A stretch of DNA of 64,000 nucleotides, taken from NCBI GenBank assembly GCA_963674945.2, contig CAXXWQ010000003.1:1920001-1984000 (forward strand). The letters are read 5' to 3'. The notes under the pieces are model-generated. The model made no database searches. It was not told the DNA's origin and was given only the letters and a program-made list of their open reading frames with translations. Made by a program: the position numbers and the translations under genes. The stretch comes from an uncultured Desulfosarcina sp. (lineage in GTDB: Bacteria; Desulfobacterota; Desulfobacteria; Desulfobacterales; Desulfosarcinaceae). Positions 59,192 through 64,000 of the stretch are shown piece after piece; positions within the stretch are counted from its first letter, which is position 1, and every line of letters starts with the position of its first letter.

Positions 59192-60658
59192 CTACAAAAT
59201 GAACTGCAGCTTGGCCGCGAAGATCCTGAGCTGGTTGACCAGGTCGGGTGGTATGAGAAAGTCCGCCCGGTTGCGGTCGCTCACGTTTCTCTCGGCGACC
59301 AAGTCCTGTTTGAACTGGTCGAGATTTTCCACCCGGCCGTCCCGCTCCCACTCCAGCGCCAGGGCGATCAGTTCGGCGCGCAATGTGGATGGTGTGACGA
59401 CGGCCTGTCCTGGATCGAATTTGGTGCCATCGTCGGTCAACTTGTGGCGGGGGAACTTATTGGTAATCCTGGCCCGTAGGCTGTACCGAAGGTAGCTCAA
59501 CGTCGCCTGGGTGGTGATGTCCAGATAACTCGGGTCGTCTACGCCGTATGCATTGGTCTGGTACATGCTGATTTCCCGCTCGATCCGCACCTGGCCGCCA
59601 TCGTCCACCATGTGGGTTGCGATACCGTCATAAAGCAGCAGGTTCCGCTCTTCCTGTGTCCACCGGACCTCCTCTACCGCTGGAAGGATTCCTGGCAGTA
59701 CGAGCGTCTGCAGCGGCCTGGCCGGATCGTTCAATAGCGCCGCTGCCGCCTGCCCGGCATAGGCTGACGCCCATAAGTACGGCGGCATCGGGCTGATGCC
59801 AGTCCCCATGCAGGTAACGTGGGGAGAATTTCTGCCACTGCCGTAAGTCGCCGTCGCGCTGTAGTCCCCACGAAAGGCGGTATAGGCGATGCCGTCGATC
59901 TGCCGGGTGCCGGAAATCCGGCTGGCCAGCTCCGTCTCCAGAAGCGTCATGTTGGCGGCATCCGTGTACGGCATCACGATCGCCTGGTACCACTCGTCTC
60001 CCATGGCGGCGATGGCGCTGGTGATGTCCGGGTTGCCGGCGCCGGACGACATGGCCACGACGGTCGCGGACAAGCCGGACGGCAACGTCTCTCCCTGGTA
60101 GTAGTTTACCCGGACGTCGATGCCGTTTCCGCACTCTCCGGCATTTCTCGCGGTCAGGGTAACGACGCCGGCCGATGCCGATGCCGTCACGGGCAGGCTC
60201 GTGTTTGCGTTGATGGCCGCCGCCAGATCCGTCGCGATATCGGCGATGGCGTCCCCGGATGCGATCGCGAGGCGAACCCGTGTGCCGGCGATGTAACAGT
60301 ACACCATGCCGGATTCTGTGGGCGCACCGGCAAAGGTGATGGTCCCGGTGGCGTCATCCGCCTCGCCATCGTCGGCCAGCGGCAGCCCCCAGCTCTCGGT
60401 GAACCGGTTCCCGGCCTTGAGCACGGCGAACATGGACGCGAGCATGGAGCCGCGCCCGAACAGCTTTTCCGCCTGGTCCGCGCTGGTGATGCGCACCGGC
60501 GTTCCGGCTGCGGCCGTGCCGGCTGCCAGCATCTGCCCGAGCACGAGGATCTTGTACGGCATGTCCGGCGTGGCCAGGATCGCCCGCGTACTGTCGAACT
60601 CGATGTATGCAAGGGGCACGCGAAGGTTTGACGGGATCGATTCGAATGAAACACTCAT
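59192..60658 (-). CDS. Contractile tail sheath protein, Mu gpL
   Basis: IP..LRVPL.Y.EFD, FGRGSML, DPARPLQTL, ERN.LL.DGIAT, PDLVNQLR. Confidence 0.95.
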   Translation of the reverse strand: MSVSFESIPSNLRVPLAYIEFDSTRAILATPDMPYKILVLGQMLAAGTAAAGTPVRITSADQAEKLFGRGSMLASMFAVLKAGNRFTESWGLPLADDGEADDATGTITFAGAPTESGMVYCYIAGTRVRLAIASGDAIADIATDLAAAINANTSLPVTASASAGVVTLTARNAGECGNGIDVRVNYYQGETLPSGLSATVVAMSSGAGNPDITSAIAAMGDEWYQAIVMPYTDAANMTLLETELASRISGTRQIDGIAYTAFRGDYSATATYGSGRNSPHVTCMGTGISPMPPYLWASAYAGQAAAALLNDPARPLQTLVLPGILPAVEEVRWTQEERNLLLYDGIATHMVDDGGQVRIEREISMYQTNAYGVDDPSYLDITTQATLSYLRYSLRARITNKFPRHKLTDDGTKFDPGQAVVTPSTLRAELIALALEWERDGRVENLDQFKQDLVAERNVSDRNRADFLIPPDLVNQLRIFAAKLQFIL

Positions 60659-60852
60659 GATTTATCGCCTCCTGTTTTTTTTGCCGGCGTGGTGGATACG
60701 GCCGTCTCGACCGATCCATCGCGCAGCCGTCTCAGCCAGTACTGGGTCATCGGAACCTCCTGCCCCTTTTCGGACAGAAATTTCTCCGGCCTGCCCGGCA
60801 TGCGGATTTTCAGCCCCTTGGCCGGTTTGACGAAAAACTTATTTGCCATCAT
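60655..60852 (-). CDS. Mu gp38-like protein (DUF2635)
   Basis: FVKPA.G..IR.P...YWLRRL.DG.V. Confidence 0.85.
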   Translation of the reverse strand: MMANKFFVKPAKGLKIRMPGRPEKFLSEKGQEVPMTQYWLRRLRDGSVETAVSTTPAKKTGGDKS

Positions 60853-61403
60853 GAACCTCCTTCGAGTTCTATGGTGTCGACCGGTGTTGGTTCACCGTCT
60901 GATTCCGGATCCATATCCCATTCGGCCACGACCGTGAGAAGATCGTCCAACGTCGACGGGTCGTCAACGAATTCGGTATCGAACCAGGTTGAAAACACGA
61001 TTTGCCAGACGCAAATCCCCTTATCGAGTAGATCCGCATCCGTAATGTTGAAAACCCGCTCCGGCTTTATCGGGCCGATATCAAGCCCAAGGTCACGGCC
61101 GGATATGAGCGTCACCACGTTTTCCACGATGGCAACAGCACCATGGCGCCGGCTTCGATCGTTGGACCAGTCCTTGAATGCAACGGCGACCAGAATGGCC
61201 GGCCGCCATCGATACGTCGTTCCTTCCGAAACGGTTTCAAAAGATCCCGATTCGATAGCGACGAACGCTGCCGGCAACTTGCTTCTCTTGGCAGCCTCGT
61301 TGCGCGTCTTTGTACCGTCGGAGCCGAACAGGTCTACGTCGCGGACGGTAATTCCTCCGGATTTCAAAAGAGTGACGATACCGTTTTCTATTTCTGCAAG
61401 CAT
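60849..61403 (-). CDS. Mu gp37-like tail terminator (DUF1834)
   Basis: IE..IV..LK, PAAFVA and L...DLGL.I.P motifs; position in the neck module. Confidence 0.75.
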   Translation of the reverse strand: MLAEIENGIVTLLKSGGITVRDVDLFGSDGTKTRNEAAKRSKLPAAFVAIESGSFETVSEGTTYRWRPAILVAVAFKDWSNDRSRRHGAVAIVENVVTLISGRDLGLDIGPIKPERVFNITDADLLDKGICVWQIVFSTWFDTEFVDDPSTLDDLLTVVAEWDMDPESDGEPTPVDTIELEGGS

Positions 61404-61919
61404 TTAACGATCCCTTAAATGGTCTTTTACCAGTTCCGAAAATTCGCGGCGGTCATCCGCGTTGACGCCCAGATAGGGCCGGGCCGGTATCCGGATCCGC
61501 GCACGCCTGCTGACGATGGAAAAGTCCGCCCCCTCCTGGTGGACACGGCCGTACACCTTGTTTGTGCCGATCGCCACCCAGTTCCGGCCCGTTTTGTAGA
61601 CAATGCTTCCGCGCAGATGGCCGCTGTCGGTAAGGATTTTCCGCCTGGTGACGTAGGTGGAGAAACGCTTGGTCAACTGCCCTTTCTTGGTGTACTTCTT
61701 TCCCCGGTGGGCGCCGTAGATGGTTCTCAGTTTGAGCGGCACCCAGGGATTTCCGTCCGGATCACGCTCTTCGGTAAAACGTTTGTCGGTCTCCACCAGC
61801 ATGTATTCGCCAAAGGCCGTGAGAACCGGTTGCAGGTCGATCGACTTGCGCACATACTTGCGCATCAGGGCGATGGCCTCTTCGTCGTTGATGGTGATTT
61901 TGGCAGCGATACCGGCCAT
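61404..61919 (-). CDS. Virion morphogenesis protein (Mu gpG / tail S family)
   Basis: RF....DPDG.PW.PL, L.DSG.L..SI, GTN..YG..HQ.G, IPARPYLG. Confidence 0.9.
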   Translation of the reverse strand: MAGIAAKITINDEEAIALMRKYVRKSIDLQPVLTAFGEYMLVETDKRFTEERDPDGNPWVPLKLRTIYGAHRGKKYTKKGQLTKRFSTYVTRRKILTDSGHLRGSIVYKTGRNWVAIGTNKVYGRVHQEGADFSIVSRRARIRIPARPYLGVNADDRREFSELVKDHLRDR

Positions 61920-62350
61920 TAATATTTCTCCATGGTCGACGGTGAAAAAATCTGGGGCCGCGCGTTCGACTTGATCGCGGTGGCCGATGCTTCCTCGGGT
62001 GTATCCGGTTCCGGCTGCACGCCGATTCCCGCATCCCCGGACAGCACCTTGCTTAACCAGGAGATGGTGTCCTTGTAATCGGTCCTACGATCCTCCGGAG
62101 CGCCGTGCTTGCCCTGAAACAGGTTGTAAATGGCGATGGCCACGGCGGACTTTCGGATCATGGGCGGAACGGTGGTAAACGGCACCTTGTAACGATTCAA
62201 GCAGTAGCTGTCGATCTCTGCGCCTGCGTCGGAAATGGCCCGGTTTACCCGCCCCGTATCAACGACGCCCGCATCGTCATCGTCCGTGATGTCGATCAGC
62301 TCCTGTTCGCTGATCTTCTCCAGCATGTCGGCAAGTGAGCAGTAGGGCAT
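61919..62350 (-). CDS. Head-tail connector, Mu gp36 (DUF1320)
   Basis: Y....D, AI.DA.AEIDSY...RY.VP, IAIY.L, Y...I.WL. Confidence 0.9.
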   Translation of the reverse strand: MPYCSLADMLEKISEQELIDITDDDDAGVVDTGRVNRAISDAGAEIDSYCLNRYKVPFTTVPPMIRKSAVAIAIYNLFQGKHGAPEDRRTDYKDTISWLSKVLSGDAGIGVQPEPDTPEEASATAIKSNARPQIFSPSTMEKY

Positions 62351-62353
62351 CGC

Positions 62354-62656
62354 TTACGCCTCCGGCGGCTCTGCTGTGTGTTCGTTTACAAGGGCCACCA
62401 GGTCATCTTTCCTTGCATCACTGGCATATGGCACTTCCAGTTTGGCGAGCAGCTCCTTCAATTTCGGAACGGTCATCTCCTCGGGCGGTTTCGTTTTGGC
62501 GATCACGCCGTCATCCTCATCTGCCACCGGCATTGCCTTGCCGATGGAGATGAGCCGGTCGACTTCATTTTTGGGAAGGCCGGAAATTTTATCCCCCGAC
62601 AAATACTGTTTTTTCTCGAAGATGATACAGTTTCCAGGGCTGACGATAATATCCAC
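62354..62656 (-). CDS. Head-associated protein with C-terminal HeH/Rho-N-like motif (gp35 position)
   Basis: MTVPKLKELL.....Y...A.K.DLV.LV. Confidence 0.65.
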   Translation of the reverse strand: MDIIVSPGNCIIFEKKQYLSGDKISGLPKNEVDRLISIGKAMPVADEDDGVIAKTKPPEEMTVPKLKELLAKLEVPYASDARKDDLVALVNEHTAEPPEA

Positions 62657-62722
62657 GCTATTCTCCTTTTGCTTCGCCCCGTCCGGCGATCGGCCGGGGC
62701 GTCAGTTCACTGCACCAATGGC

Positions 62723-63733
62723 CTATTGCACGGTGGCCACAACGACCGCACCGGGCCGCTTGAGAACGGGCAGGGGCCTGCTTTCCGCCTTGACCCAACG
62801 TCCGGATGGATCTTTTTCCGGCCACGATTTGGAAAAGAACATCACACCGCGACCGCCTTCGCCGATATTCCCGACGCCTCCGGGCGCATCGTCGTCAACG
62901 ACCGGAGCATACGGCACGTCGACCAGTTCGTCGCACAGACCGACGAGAATGAACTCGTTGCTGGCAATATATCGCTGGCGGGTACCGCTGGCATCGATGT
63001 AGGATCCGTTGTATTCGACCAGTTCAACCTCGACCAGCTTGGTGATCCGGCCGCTTTCCGCGATCTGGGATCCCTTGTCGGTTTTGAGCAGTTCGCGAAC
63101 GGAATTGTTGACAAGCAGGGAATCGCCGACGCCGGAGCCATGGAATGCCACCCACCCGGTGATTGCGGCGCCGCTGTCATCCTCGATCAACTGCTTCCAG
63201 GTCCGGATGTTGGCAATGGGGTTGGAATCGTCCAGATCACTCCACCGGTCCGTCGTCGTCAGCACCGTTTTATGCGTGTCGTCGACGTTGTAGTTGACCA
63301 GCACAGTTGACAGGTCGCTGTCGTAAACAATGCCTTTCAGTGCATTGACCGCCCAGAATTCCAGGGTTCGATCATGCTTGCCGCGCATGTCCTTTTGCTC
63401 GCGGGCGATCCTGTCCTTCATCATTTCGACACCCGCTTTGCCGAACGCCCGCACCGCATTGAGTTCGGCCGTGGCGATGAAACGCTTGTTGGCGATTCGC
63501 GGGGCGGTCAGAGTGATGGTCTTGCGGGTTGTCTTGTCATCCACCGTGGCAGGGGCGAAAATCGATATGTTGGACAGCAATTTCTCGCTTCCGGAAATAA
63601 CGTCGAACGCCAGCCGGTCGGACGGCTGCATGTTCTCCTGCCCGGCAAAAAGCCTGTTGTAGACAAGGCGGGAAGGGGCCTGGATTGCGTTGACCGCTGC
63701 GGTCAGTGTGCGGACCTTAAACAGGTTGTCCAT
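62723..63733 (-). CDS. Major capsid protein, lambda gpE-like family
   Basis: LTAAVN, EFWAVNALKG, W.D..SNPI..I, DPSG....AESRPLPV. Confidence 0.85.
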   Translation of the reverse strand: MDNLFKVRTLTAAVNAIQAPSRLVYNRLFAGQENMQPSDRLAFDVISGSEKLLSNISIFAPATVDDKTTRKTITLTAPRIANKRFIATAELNAVRAFGKAGVEMMKDRIAREQKDMRGKHDRTLEFWAVNALKGIVYDSDLSTVLVNYNVDDTHKTVLTTTDRWSDLDDSNPIANIRTWKQLIEDDSGAAITGWVAFHGSGVGDSLLVNNSVRELLKTDKGSQIAESGRITKLVEVELVEYNGSYIDASGTRQRYIASNEFILVGLCDELVDVPYAPVVDDDAPGGVGNIGEGGRGVMFFSKSWPEKDPSGRWVKAESRPLPVLKRPGAVVVATVQ

Positions 63734-63751
63734 GAGATTTCCTCCGTTGTG

Positions 63752-63782
63752 ATTTCAAATTTTAAATCTGAGATTTCAAATT
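63752..63782. repeat. Degenerate heptamer tandem repeat
   Basis: ATTTCAA ATTTTAA ATCTGAG ATTTCAA ATT between the decoration and capsid genes. Confidence 0.6.
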
Positions 63783-63784
63783 GG

Positions 63785-64000
63785 TTACGACCATTCCGTG
63801 TCCACGGATATGCCCCGGTCCTGCATGGCCATGTATGCGGCCTGTTTCTGGGCGGCGGTGATGCCGGTCGGCCAGCCCAGATCGGCGCTTCGGAATTTTC
63901 CGAGAACATACGCCTGGGCCTCCGCATCCTCGCTGGATGCATCCGCGTCCTCGGCGAGGATCGCGCGGGGCGTAGCCAGGCCGTTGACCGCCGAAGGAGC
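63785..64000 (-). CDS. Head decoration protein (lambda gpD-like), C-terminal part; not in the ORF track
   Basis: Open frame ...GLATPRAILAEDADAS..AQAYVLGKF..LGWP..MQDRGI..-stop, directly upstream of the capsid gene. Confidence 0.75.
   Translation of the reverse strand, partial: APSAVNGLATPRAILAEDADASSEDAEAQAYVLGKFRSADLGWPTGITAAQKQAAYMAMQDRGISVDTEWS

Larger units (their letters stand above)
45418..64000 (-). mobile_element. Mu-like transposable prophage, right arm; continues beyond the window
   Basis: TG end with tandem repeats; Mu-like gene order of head, neck, sheath, tube, chaperone, tape measure, gp43-48, fibre and methylase. Confidence 0.92.

Overview
GC-rich chromosome segment that looks like a sulfate-reducing deltaproteobacterium (Desulfosarcina/Desulfobacterales-like; inferred from gene content). 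All family assignments come from motifs recognised by eye, not from database searches. (1) 1-13.3 kb is a respiratory cluster: alternative complex III-like genes (actB end, actC, actD, actF, actA), a cbb3-type oxidase (ccoN, ccoO fused to a second cytochrome c, ccoS), an ActE-like cytochrome, ccoI and a CoA-disulfide/persulfide reductase-rhodanese. Its intergenic spaces hold heptamer-built inverted repeats, MITE-like elements and a collapsed four-helix-bundle gene relic. (2) 15.85-17.13 kb is an integrase-less integron cassette array (two attC sites plus a half site) carrying a HEPN RNase and an RHH/MazF toxin-antitoxin pair. (3) 17-43 kb holds housekeeping and signalling genes: K+ channel, thiE, prfB with its programmed frameshift, lnt, asd, a partner-switching module, an ABC transporter, FapA, HU, RNase II, TetR, cytochrome c3 and a DUF4388-Lcl protein. 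(4) 43.4-45.4 kb holds gene fragments: a radical SAM/SPASM relic, a binding-protein tail, an IS transposase piece and a truncated MCP. (5) From about 45418 to the end lies the right arm of a Mu-like transposable prophage inserted in the MCP gene. It shows a TG end with 22-bp-period repeats, a DNA adenine methylase, a papain-like protein plus a 1355-aa lipoprotein in the tail-fibre region, the full baseplate/tail module with a -2 frameshift chaperone, and a lambda-E-type capsid with decoration protein.
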